From an uncultured archaeon (GTDB lineage: Archaea; Iainarchaeota; Iainarchaeia; Iainarchaeales; JAAZKV01): a stretch of 32,000 bases of DNA. Numbering within the stretch: position 1 is the first letter of the stretch; each line of letters begins with the position of its first letter. Both the position numbers and the translations under genes were made by a program. Location: positions 540,001 through 572,000 of the forward strand of contig CAZKBG010000001.1 of assembly GCA_964551375.1 (NCBI GenBank), in the 5' to 3' direction. This document shows positions 1-8,463 of the stretch, piece by piece. The notes beneath the pieces are model-generated. The model was not told the DNA's origin. It searched no databases and was given only the letters and a program-made list of their open reading frames with translations.

Positions 1-504
1 AGCTTTCTTTACGATTTAGGCGGAGGAGCAAATAGCCCTGATAACTACATGCACGGACGCGGAGGAATATACATTGTGCCCGCAGGAAACGTTGAAGGAT
101 ATGTAATGAATTACTCGCCGGGAAATGCAAACCCCGCCCTAAGCTGCTATGAAAACGGATTTGGAGTAAAGACAACAAATAGAATTAATCTCAACCAATG
201 GAATATGCTTGCCTTCCAAGCGGATTACACAGGAGTAACAAAAGGGAAATTATACCTAAACGGAGTATTGAGCATTTCAGGAACCAGCCAAAAACAACTG
301 CAGTGCAATAATGAAACAAACATAATGTGGATTGGCAGAAGAAAAACAGGCGGAGACGGAAAACTATACCTTGACGGAGAGCATCGATTAGTAAATGATT
401 TCAATGGAATAATAGATGAGGTAGCAGTATGGAAACGCCACTTAACAGATGCGGAAATAATTGCTCTTTGGAATAACGGCAGCGGAAGAAGGGTTCCTGG
501 CTAA
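1..504 (+). CDS. LamG/concanavalin A-like domain protein, C-terminal part, truncated at the left window edge
   Basis: Frame is open from base 1 (SFLYDLGGGANSPDNYMHGRGG...). It has LamG-like features (WNMLAFQADYTG...KLYLNG...MWIGRR...FNGIIDEVAVWKRHLTDAEIIALWNNG). Stop at 504. Confidence 0.8.
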   Translation, partial: SFLYDLGGGANSPDNYMHGRGGIYIVPAGNVEGYVMNYSPGNANPALSCYENGFGVKTTNRINLNQWNMLAFQADYTGVTKGKLYLNGVLSISGTSQKQLQCNNETNIMWIGRRKTGGDGKLYLDGEHRLVNDFNGIIDEVAVWKRHLTDAEIIALWNNGSGRRVPG

Positions 505-557
505 AAACCAAAAACATTACTCTAAAAATCCAAAAGCAACCCTAAAAAAGCCTCTGA

Positions 558-1376
558 ATGACAATATATCTAATGGATGTAAGCACACTAACGGATAAAG
601 ACACATTAATCGACAGAATGAAAAGAGAAAAGCGATTAATCAAAGACGAGCACACAAGAAGCGTGTTCAATAAAGTTTTTGACAATGCAACAATTGCAGC
701 TGTGCATGAACTTGCAAGAAAAAAATACTTTGAAGAGCTTGAATTTGTAATATCCACAGGAAAAGAAGGAAACGTATTTAGATGCGTATCGGGAGACAAC
801 TACTACGCGCTGAAAATATACAAAGTTGATACTTCTGACTTTAAGCACATGACCGAATACATCATCGGAGACGAGAGATTTAAAGATGTGAGAAAAGACA
901 AGCTTGAAATTGTAAAACTTTGGACAAAAAAAGAATTTAGAAACCTTGAAGACTTTACAAAAGCAAAAATAAGAGTGCCTCTTCCAATAGGAACAAGCAG
1001 AAACTGCCTGTTAATGGAATTAATCGGAAAAAACGGGGAAGCCGCTCCAAGAGCAAAAGAAAAACCATTTATTGACATGCAGGCGGCTTATGAAAAAATG
1101 TGCGAATACATGGCAAAAATGATAAATGCCAAGTTAGTGCACTCGGATTTAAGCGAATACAATATTTTGAACAACGATGAAGAACTTGTAATAATTGATG
1201 TAGGACAGGCAGTAACAACCATGCACCCGATGGCAAAAACATTCTTTGAAAGAGATGTACAAAATATTTCAAAATGGTTCGCAAAAAACGGAGTGGCAAC
1301 TGACTATGACATAATGTACCTTGCAATAAAAGAAAAAAGCGCGAAATTAAAAGACAAAAAATCAGCTAAAAAGTAA
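558..1376 (+). CDS. rio1: RIO-type serine/threonine protein kinase (Rio1 family)
   Basis: STGKEGNVFR...YALKIYK nucleotide-binding region, LVHSDLSEYNIL catalytic loop, and VIIDVGQAV metal-binding motif. Confidence 0.92.
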   Translation: MTIYLMDVSTLTDKDTLIDRMKREKRLIKDEHTRSVFNKVFDNATIAAVHELARKKYFEELEFVISTGKEGNVFRCVSGDNYYALKIYKVDTSDFKHMTEYIIGDERFKDVRKDKLEIVKLWTKKEFRNLEDFTKAKIRVPLPIGTSRNCLLMELIGKNGEAAPRAKEKPFIDMQAAYEKMCEYMAKMINAKLVHSDLSEYNILNNDEELVIIDVGQAVTTMHPMAKTFFERDVQNISKWFAKNGVATDYDIMYLAIKEKSAKLKDKKSAKK

Positions 1377-1493
1377 AATTTAAGGCCAAAGCATTAATTT
1401 AAAACCTTTCAAAATCATAAATTTATTATTAGAGAGACAAAGTTAAATTAGAAAAAGAACGGGCAAAATTAAATTTAATAAAATGTGATAAAA

Positions 1494-2012
1494 ATGGAAG
1501 AACTAATTAGAATCCCTGAAGACAGAGTGGGCGTGCTCATAGGCCCTAAGGGAAGCGTTAAGCGAAAGATTGAATCAAAAACAAAAGTTACGCTTGACAT
1601 TGACTCCGCAGAAGGAGAAGTAACTGTTGACGGAGAAGGCGAAGGATATTTTAAAGCTCATGACATTGTAAAAGCAATCGGGCGAGGATTTTCTCCTGAG
1701 AAAGCATTCACTCTGTTGAAGGATGATTACTTACTGAAAATAATTGACATTACAGATTACACAGGAAAAAATACTTCAAACCAGAAAGCAAAAAGAGGAA
1801 GGGTTATTGGAAGGCACGGACTTGCAAGGCTTGAAATAGAAAAAAGAACACACTGCTTAATTTCAGTGCATGGAAAAACTGTTGCAATAATAGGACTTGC
1901 GGGAGAAATTGACACCGCGGTTGATGCTGTGCAAATGCTTCTTGAAGGCGCAAAGCACGAAACAGTAGAACACATCTTATTTGGCGTTAAAAAAGAAAGA
2001 TTTGAACTTTAA
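1494..2012 (+). CDS. KH-domain RNA-binding protein, archaeal Pno1/Krr1-type ribosome biogenesis factor
   Basis: Two KH-like motifs (RVGVLIGPKGSVKRKIESKTKV; RGRVIGRHGLARLEIEKRTHCLISVHGKTVAIIG) and adjacency to the RIO kinase. The ORF track begins at GTG 1485; ATG 1494 is about 25 nt from an AT-rich TATA-like box and is preferred. Confidence 0.88.
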   Translation: MEELIRIPEDRVGVLIGPKGSVKRKIESKTKVTLDIDSAEGEVTVDGEGEGYFKAHDIVKAIGRGFSPEKAFTLLKDDYLLKIIDITDYTGKNTSNQKAKRGRVIGRHGLARLEIEKRTHCLISVHGKTVAIIGLAGEIDTAVDAVQMLLEGAKHETVEHILFGVKKERFEL

Positions 2013-2179
2013 AAAAAAACGCGCGTTTTTGTCTAAAATGCCCTAATATGCCCCCCAATATCAAAAAGAACACCTCCATTTAGACTTTTTTTAGCGAAAA
2101 AACGGGCATTAGAATATAAACCTTTTGGGCTTTCCTATTTTGGAAGACAAAAACTTTGAAAAAAACTTGGTGAATATAC

Positions 2180-3895
2180 TTGCCTGAAAAGAAACCAAAA
2201 GAAGTTGACGCAACAGTAGCAATGGATGCGGCAACAAAACACCTTGACAATGAGTTTAAGGAACACTCCGTAGCCGAATTCTTTAAGAAAAACAAGCAAA
2301 TGCTTGGATTATACGGAAAAGTAAGAACATTGACAATGGTAATCCACGAATATGTTTCTAATTCTCTTGATGCATGCGAAGAAACAGGAATACTTCCAAA
2401 CATTGATGTAAAAATTGACGAACTTGGAGAAGAATATTACGAAGTAACAGTTACCGACAACGGACCCGGAATAAGCCAGGCGAATGTTGGAAAAGCATTT
2501 GGAAAATTACTCGCAGGAACAAAATTTCACAGAATGATGCAGTCAAGAGGGCAGCAGGGAATCGGAGCATCAGGATGCACAATGCTATCACAAATGACTA
2601 CTGGAAAAGCATCAAAAGTAATTACAGGGAGACAGGACGGCAAAGCAATTTCACTTGAACTTACAATTGACCCAAAAATGAACGAGCCAAAAATCAGCAA
2701 CGTAAAAGAACTTGACAAAGAATTTAGAGGAACTGCAATACAAGCAAAATTTAAGGGAACACTTTACAGAGACTCCGACCAGGGGCCGCTTGAATACTTA
2801 AGAAGAACCGCAATTGCAAACCCGCACGCGCAGCTTTCATTTAGAGACCCTGCAGGACAGAAATTCGTATTTAAGCGAACTCATAATCAAATACCTGAAA
2901 GACCAGCTGAAATCAAGCCGCACCCAAAAGGAACAACAGTTGACGACATACTTTCATACTGCAAAACATCAAAAGGCAGAACTGTAGGAACATTCCTTTC
3001 AAATGATTTTGACAGAATGGGAGCAAAAGCTCTTGAAGAAGTAAAAAAGAAAGTTCACTTTGACTTAAACAAGGACCCAAAAACTCTTACTTGGGAAGAA
3101 GCGGAAGAAATTATTAAAGCATTCAAATCAATCGACTTCATCGCTCCAACTACTGACGCGCTTAGACCAATAACTGAAGACCAAATCAGAAAATCGCTTC
3201 AAAGCATAGTTCAGCCAGAATTTTTAACAGTACTAACAAGAAAACCAGCAGTATACGCTGGAGGATACCCGTTCCAAGTTGAAATTGCAATCGCATACGG
3301 CGGAAACGCGGGAAGAAAAGTCGGCGAACAGACACAAATGGAAATAATGAGATTTGCAAACAGAGTTCCACTTTTATTTGACACGGGAAACTGCGCGCTA
3401 ACAAAAGCAGTGCAGACAATTGACTGGAAGAGATATGACATAAAGGACCCTGAAACTGCGCCGGTAACAGTATTCATTAATTTTATTTCAGTTCACATCC
3501 CTTACACAGGAGCGGGAAAACAGGCAATCGCAGATGAAGAAGATGTGCTTGAAGAAATAAGACTTGCTTTAATGCAGACAGGAAGAAAAGCAGGAATTTA
3601 TATCGCACACAAAAGAAGAGAAGCTGAAAACCAGCAAAAAAGACAGATGTTTTACAAATACATTCCTGAAATTACTAGAGCATTAAGCACAATAACAAAA
3701 GCAAGCGAACCGGACCTTCGAAAAAACATGGAAAAAATGGTTCTGACAAAATTAAAACTTGAAGAGGCAAAAGAAGCTCAAGAAAAAGCAAGAGTGGACA
3801 AAGTGCTTAAAGACGATGATAATAGTTTTATAACAAAGCCAAAAGCGGAGAAAGCTAAGGCTGAAGAAAAAGCAAAGGGAGATAAGAAGAAGTAA
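2180..3895 (+). CDS. top6B: DNA topoisomerase VI subunit B
   Basis: GHKL ATPase motifs (IHEYVSNSLDACEE, VTDNGPGI, GQQGIGASGCTMLSQM) and the topo VI B transducer region. TTG start preceded by GGTGA. Confidence 0.96.
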   Translation: MPEKKPKEVDATVAMDAATKHLDNEFKEHSVAEFFKKNKQMLGLYGKVRTLTMVIHEYVSNSLDACEETGILPNIDVKIDELGEEYYEVTVTDNGPGISQANVGKAFGKLLAGTKFHRMMQSRGQQGIGASGCTMLSQMTTGKASKVITGRQDGKAISLELTIDPKMNEPKISNVKELDKEFRGTAIQAKFKGTLYRDSDQGPLEYLRRTAIANPHAQLSFRDPAGQKFVFKRTHNQIPERPAEIKPHPKGTTVDDILSYCKTSKGRTVGTFLSNDFDRMGAKALEEVKKKVHFDLNKDPKTLTWEEAEEIIKAFKSIDFIAPTTDALRPITEDQIRKSLQSIVQPEFLTVLTRKPAVYAGGYPFQVEIAIAYGGNAGRKVGEQTQMEIMRFANRVPLLFDTGNCALTKAVQTIDWKRYDIKDPETAPVTVFINFISVHIPYTGAGKQAIADEEDVLEEIRLALMQTGRKAGIYIAHKRREAENQQKRQMFYKYIPEITRALSTITKASEPDLRKNMEKMVLTKLKLEEAKEAQEKARVDKVLKDDDNSFITKPKAEKAKAEEKAKGDKKK

Positions 3896-3909
3896 CAAGG
3901 TGTATTTAC

Positions 3910-5064
3910 TTGGCGAAAAAGGTGAAGAATATGGCGGGCGAAAAAAGAAAAGCAAAGACAGTTGAAAAGGTAAGCCCTAAGGAAATTGCCGACAGAATAA
4001 GCGGAACAGCAAAAAGCATGGTCACACAAATCAACAAACTTGAAGACCCGCAGTTTACTACAATGCAGAGAGGAAAAAGCAATGTTGTTTGGGACGAGAA
4101 AAAAGGATACTTGGGACTTGGCGAAAAAGAAGTTACACGAACATTCCTTAACATTGCGCACGCAAGAAAATTCATGCAAACAAGCATGATAATGGCAAAA
4201 ACACAGGAATACTTGCTGCACAACAAGACAGCGTCTATTCGTGAGATTTATTACGAATTAAAACACACAGTGGTTGATACTAAAGAAAACACTTTTGAAG
4301 GGCAGGACGAGAGCGACCCAATCATAGTTGATCTTGAACACAGCGTTGACACTATCAGAGAAAAACTAAACCTGCACGCTAATCCCAAGGGAACACTTTA
4401 CGGGGATGTAACTCTGCTTGATAGAATGCACCACAATGATAAATTCAACGCGTCAAAACTGGGAAGAGGCGGATGGAGCATAATGTCAAGAGTTGAGCCT
4501 GAAGAAATTGAAATCGTTGACTCAAACGCAGAATACCTGCTTGTAGCTGAAACCGAAGCAATTTTTGAAAGACTTATTGAAGAAGGATTTCCAAAAGCAA
4601 ACAAATGCCTATTAATCGGAACAGGGGGACAGGCAGCAAGAGGAGCAAGAAGATTAATCCACAGAATACACCACGAGCTTGACTTGCCGACAATTGTATT
4701 CACAGACGGGGACCCTTACGGATGGTACATTTACTCAGTAATAAAGCAGGGCTCAATGGCTCTTGCAGCGCACTCTGAATTCATGTCGGTTCCTGACGCA
4801 AAATATGTTGGAATGACTATTGATGATGTGAAAGAATACAAACTTGAAGCAGTAACAGAACACATGACTGACGGAGATATTAAAAGAGCAAAAGAAATGC
4901 TTGCTTACCCATGGTTCCAGAACAAAGAATGGCAGGCACAGCTGAAAAAAGCAATTGAAGAAAAAGTTAGAATCGAGCAGCAGGCTCTTGCAAACAAAAG
5001 ACTTGACTTTGTTGCGACACAATACCTGCCTGAAAAGATTAAGAACAAAATATTTTTGCCTTAA
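3910..5064 (+). CDS. top6A: DNA topoisomerase VI subunit A (Spo11-like)
   Basis: Spo11/Top6A motifs (SIREIYYELKHT, TGGQAARGARRLIHRI, FTDGDPYGWYIYSVIKQGS). Directly downstream of top6B. Start is either TTG 3910 or ATG 3931. Confidence 0.96.
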   Translation: MAKKVKNMAGEKRKAKTVEKVSPKEIADRISGTAKSMVTQINKLEDPQFTTMQRGKSNVVWDEKKGYLGLGEKEVTRTFLNIAHARKFMQTSMIMAKTQEYLLHNKTASIREIYYELKHTVVDTKENTFEGQDESDPIIVDLEHSVDTIREKLNLHANPKGTLYGDVTLLDRMHHNDKFNASKLGRGGWSIMSRVEPEEIEIVDSNAEYLLVAETEAIFERLIEEGFPKANKCLLIGTGGQAARGARRLIHRIHHELDLPTIVFTDGDPYGWYIYSVIKQGSMALAAHSEFMSVPDAKYVGMTIDDVKEYKLEAVTEHMTDGDIKRAKEMLAYPWFQNKEWQAQLKKAIEEKVRIEQQALANKRLDFVATQYLPEKIKNKIFLP

Positions 5065-5086
5065 TTAAAGAAAAAATTATTCGGGT

Positions 5087-5554
5087 TTATTTGCCGTTTA
5101 TTACCTGAGTGAGCGACGCGCCCCCTCTTTTTCTAACACCCTGATCGCTTTGAGTTCTTCTAATAACAGGAACCCCTGCTTCTTCAAGTCTTTTAAGAAG
5201 CTCAACAGCTGCTTTTTTTGTCCCGCCATAACGCTTCATCAAGTCATTAGCAGAAACTCCCCGCTTATGAGCAGCCTCGTCCCTAACAAACTGCGCCATT
5301 TTCCTTGCTCTTTCAATAAGCCTTGCATTAATTTTAGGCTGTTTCACAGCGCGTGTTTGCACAAAATTCCCACGAGGCCTATACCCAGTCTCGCGCGCAT
5401 GCTTAATCACAGTAGCCCTTGAAACACCGGAATGCTCCGCAATTTGAGCATACGATACTAACGCAGGATTGCCCAAAGCAGCGCGAAGTTTCTCCTTTTG
5501 AGCAGGAGTCAACACAACAAAACCTTTTTTTCTTTTTGGACCCATAAATAACAC
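5087..5554 (-). CDS. Putative DNA-binding protein with N-terminal helix-turn-helix and possible C-terminal winged helix
   Basis: VSYAQIAEHSGVSRATVIKHARETG is a clear HTH. VSANDLMKRYGGTKKAAVELLKRLEEAGVPVIRR resembles a second HTH/wing. Its coding end abuts the downstream-strand neighbour at 5554. Confidence 0.6.
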   Translation of the reverse strand: MLFMGPKRKKGFVVLTPAQKEKLRAALGNPALVSYAQIAEHSGVSRATVIKHARETGYRPRGNFVQTRAVKQPKINARLIERARKMAQFVRDEAAHKRGVSANDLMKRYGGTKKAAVELLKRLEEAGVPVIRRTQSDQGVRKRGGASLTQVINGK

Positions 5555-6765
5555 TACTCTTTATTCATTAATAACAGTTCTGCCTTCTCATTTTCGCCAA
5601 TTGAAAGCAAATCAAACAGCCTTCTTGTTTCAAAATTCTTAAGCCCTGCTTCTTCAACATTCTTTTCTAATAAATCCACGCCTAAGTCAATAACATTCTT
5701 TTTCCCAAGCTGCTCTTCTTTTAATCCCTCAATTTTCTTCTTAAAATTCTCAATTGAGAAATTCTTTGAAACGCTAAAAACAGCTTTGTCAGAATATTTT
5801 GAAAAATCAAGTACTACATCGCTTTGAGAAAAGCCCTTTGCAAGCGAGCCGGTTAGTTTTATTCTTACAAGAGGCTTTATTTCAAAAGATTTGCCGCCCA
5901 AGAAAGAATCAACTTTTTCATTTGCTGATTTTATTACTTCATCAGGCTTAGCGGAAGAAAAATTTATTTTAGCATAAAACAATTTTCTCTGATGAGGAAA
6001 AGGAATGAACGTTAATTTCTTTGATTTTGTTTCAAATAAATAAATTCCTTTAGGCATTTCAGCCTCAAGCTTCTTCATTTGAGTAAAAATTGCAGAGCCA
6101 GTTAAGAGAAACCTTTTACCTTCCAGATTCTGCTCGCTTGTCCAATGAAGGTGCCCATTTAGGATTAAATCAAATCCTTTAGGAAGGTCTGTGAGAGAAA
6201 GAGAGGCAATTGCATCATCATCAAAAGGGAGAAAATCAATAAAGGACTGATGAAGAAGCAAAAGATTTGTGTGATTTGGAATTGGAGTCGGATTGTACTT
6301 TTCAAGAACGGCTTTTGCATTCTTTTCAGGAACCCCGCCCATTCCATGAATGTAAACAACTTCGCCTTCTTTTTCTAAAATTGCATACCCTGCATGAACA
6401 TGAACTAAACAATTTGATTCCTCAAGAATATCAAGCGCGTTTGCAAAATCCTTCCCCCTGAACTCATGAGTTCCATGAATTCCAATAATTGGAATCCCCT
6501 TAACTTGAACCCTTTTCTCAGCGCCTAAATATGTCCGCTTCATTTCCCTTAACTCGCCATTATTCTCGCTAAATGCATTAAATACTTTCTGCCACACTTC
6601 CTGTTCAGGAACCGCGCTGTCAAACAAATCCCCCGCGTGAAGAATGTAATCAACTTTGTGATGCTTAAACATCCTAATTGATTCTTTGAATCTGGCAAAT
6701 GCCTCTTCATATCTATCCTCGCCGTTAAAGCCAAGATGGGAATCAGAAAAAATACCTAATAGCAT
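5554..6765 (-). CDS. Mre11/SbcD-like metallophosphoesterase (DNA repair exonuclease family)
   Basis: MLLGIFSDSHLGF, DYILHAGDLFD, GTHEF (variant of GNHD), LLLLHQSF and LILNGHLH calcineurin-like motifs. The track's TTG at 6783 gives 6 extra residues; ATG 6765 is preferred. Confidence 0.85.
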   Translation of the reverse strand: MLLGIFSDSHLGFNGEDRYEEAFARFKESIRMFKHHKVDYILHAGDLFDSAVPEQEVWQKVFNAFSENNGELREMKRTYLGAEKRVQVKGIPIIGIHGTHEFRGKDFANALDILEESNCLVHVHAGYAILEKEGEVVYIHGMGGVPEKNAKAVLEKYNPTPIPNHTNLLLLHQSFIDFLPFDDDAIASLSLTDLPKGFDLILNGHLHWTSEQNLEGKRFLLTGSAIFTQMKKLEAEMPKGIYLFETKSKKLTFIPFPHQRKLFYAKINFSSAKPDEVIKSANEKVDSFLGGKSFEIKPLVRIKLTGSLAKGFSQSDVVLDFSKYSDKAVFSVSKNFSIENFKKKIEGLKEEQLGKKNVIDLGVDLLEKNVEEAGLKNFETRRLFDLLSIGENEKAELLLMNKE

Positions 6766-6800
6766 ACAATACCCCCCATCCAAAAAAGTTAAAACAACTA

Positions 6801-7673
6801 CTAAGGCGCTGAAAATCTTGTTGCTCCGCCAATAAACGGAGCGAATGCCTTAACACCAGCCAGCTTTGAATCAGCAATCGCCTCTTCTTTTGATTTTGCA
6901 AATGAAAAAAATGCTTCAAGTTCCCCTTGCGCCAAAAGCTCTTTTGCTTCAATAACAGAAATCTGCTTGAATAATCTGAAACTATTAAATGGAATAAGCC
7001 TATCTGAAAGATTTTGCGAAAGAACTTTATCCCCCATAAAGCAAACTGTGCTCCCGCACTTTAGGATGCTATAAACCAATTCAAAAATTTCAATATCTGA
7101 AGCTTTACTTGAGTTGTTCAAAATAACACATGCTCTCCTCTGGCACCCCACAGGCATTCCTTTTGCTCCGTTTACCGCCCCAAAATAAAAATAAGCTTTC
7201 TTATCCTGCGCAATGCAAAACACTTCACTCTTTGGAGAAGTCAATTTCACTTTCAAACCCTTAATAGAGTCCAATAGTTTTGCTCCAAGCTCTTCTTCAA
7301 GTTTTTTTGAAGAAAACTGTTTGCAAAAACTTTTTCCTCTTACTGCAAAAGTCCCCTCGGGCAGATTATCCTTGCTTATCTTTGCCCCAGATTCGCATAA
7401 ATCGGCTAATTCAGTAAACTCAACTTCCATTGAAAGATGCATTGAATGAATTCCAAGACAAGTCAGTAAAGAATCAATCACTTTTTTAGGTTTTGAGTGA
7501 TACAAAACCATTCTTCCGCCAAATTTATTGAACTTCACCCCTTCAACACCCGCTTGTTTTAAGTAAAGCTGAATATTTTTTTTTAGCTTCTTGTTCATGA
7601 AAGAGCGAACAACAGGACTTTTTATCGCAAGCTCAGGATTTGGCACAAGAACTACACAATTAGGCTCAAACAT
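6801..7673 (-). CDS. ThiI/THUMP-domain-like protein with a degenerate PP-loop region
   Basis: The N-terminal NFLD/THUMP-like arrangement (NKFGGRMVLYH..., EGTFAVRGKSF) is followed by GAVNGAKGMPVGCQRRACVILNNSSKASD. That is colinear with ThiI's GLPVGxQGkvlxLLSGGxDSPVA but lacks SGGxDS. Confidence 0.6.
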   Translation of the reverse strand: MFEPNCVVLVPNPELAIKSPVVRSFMNKKLKKNIQLYLKQAGVEGVKFNKFGGRMVLYHSKPKKVIDSLLTCLGIHSMHLSMEVEFTELADLCESGAKISKDNLPEGTFAVRGKSFCKQFSSKKLEEELGAKLLDSIKGLKVKLTSPKSEVFCIAQDKKAYFYFGAVNGAKGMPVGCQRRACVILNNSSKASDIEIFELVYSILKCGSTVCFMGDKVLSQNLSDRLIPFNSFRLFKQISVIEAKELLAQGELEAFFSFAKSKEEAIADSKLAGVKAFAPFIGGATRFSAP

Positions 7674-7752
7674 AAAATAATCAGAATCAAAAAGCCATTT
7701 AAATTAAACTAACGGGGGTCGAACAAAACTCGCTAACTACAATAAAAACAAG

Positions 7753-8271
7753 CTACTTTTTAGAGATTAAAGCATCTTTGACGCCTTTTGAGAGCTTAAT
7801 AATATTGGTTTTTCCAAAATGTTCAACTTCAATTACCCCCCTGTCTGAAAGCCTCTGAATTACCCTATGAGACCTAAGCTTTCCAATCCCCTCAATTCGA
7901 GATATTTCAGCCTGAAGAACTTTGCCGTCATTTTCAAGCAGTTTTTGAACAACCTGCTTTTCATCCTTAGCAAGGAACTGAATTAAAATATCTGAAACAT
8001 TTTTCAGATTCTTTGACTTGTCCTCAAGCCTTGAACTCATGAAGAAAAATACAAGCGCCCCTATTACAACTCCAACAATTATGAAAACAGGCGCAAGTTC
8101 AGCTAAAAAATTAGCGTAAGCTTCATGCTGGCAGACTCCATCAATTGTGCACTGCGCAGGCTCTAAATTTGTAATAATCGTAGGAAGATAAAAAGCAAGC
8201 CCGATAAGGCAAACTAATATTATTACTCCGGCAAGGGCGCGCTTGTTTGAAAAGTTAATTGAAATGTCCAT
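7753..8271 (-). CDS. Membrane-anchored winged-helix transcriptional regulator
   Basis: Two N-terminal TM segments (ALAGVIILVCLIGLAFYLP; LAPVFIIVGVVIGALVFFFM) and a C-terminal wHTH (LLENDGKVLQAEISRIEGIGKLRSHRVIQRLSDRGVIEVEHFGKTNIIKL). Confidence 0.78.
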   Translation of the reverse strand: MDISINFSNKRALAGVIILVCLIGLAFYLPTIITNLEPAQCTIDGVCQHEAYANFLAELAPVFIIVGVVIGALVFFFMSSRLEDKSKNLKNVSDILIQFLAKDEKQVVQKLLENDGKVLQAEISRIEGIGKLRSHRVIQRLSDRGVIEVEHFGKTNIIKLSKGVKDALISKK

Positions 8272-8290
8272 ATCAAAATATACTCAAAAA

Positions 8291-8300
8291 GGGTTTATAT
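8291..8300 (-). promoter_or_regulatory. Putative TATA box (ATATAAACCC) for the membrane wHTH gene
   Basis: Located about 25 nt upstream of the minus-strand ATG at 8271, consistent with a leaderless archaeal transcript. Confidence 0.5.
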
Positions 8301-8343
8301 GAATTACTATTCATTTAATCCCTGTAAAAAGAGCAAAAATCAC

Positions 8344-8377
8344 GGTTTCATGAACTCGTATATATGGTTTCAGGACC
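8344..8377 (+). promoter_or_regulatory. Tandem direct repeat flanking a TATA-like element; candidate operator
   Basis: GGTTTCATGAAC (8344-8355) and GGTTTCAGGACC (8366-8377) match 10/12 at 22-bp spacing. GTATATAT lies between them at 8359-8366. Confidence 0.5.
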
Positions 8378-8410
8378 AATATGTGTGGAAAACTCCAAGA
8401 AAAAAGCGAT

Positions 8411-8463
8411 AGTGCTTTTTGGTGCCAAGAAACCCCTAATGTTTCCCACGCACCAAAAACACT
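8411..8463 (+). promoter_or_regulatory. Composite hairpin in the putative 5' leader of the HMA gene
   Basis: AGTG(C)TTTTTGGTG (8411-8424) pairs with CACCAAAAACACT (8451-8463): 13 bp with one bulged C. An inner GAAAC (8429-8433)/GTTTC (8441-8445) stem follows. It ends 7 nt before the SD GGTG at 8471. Confidence 0.6.

Noticed and set aside
2103-2125. Possible C/D or other small RNA in the 2013-2179 intergenic region
   Set aside because: I found no C box (RUGAUGA) with D box pairing. TATA and repeat architecture explain the region better.
5087-5554. HTH protein as part of a transposon or as a transposase fragment
   Set aside because: No catalytic motifs, inverted repeats or target duplications around it. 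It sits in tight operon-like order with the Mre11-like gene.
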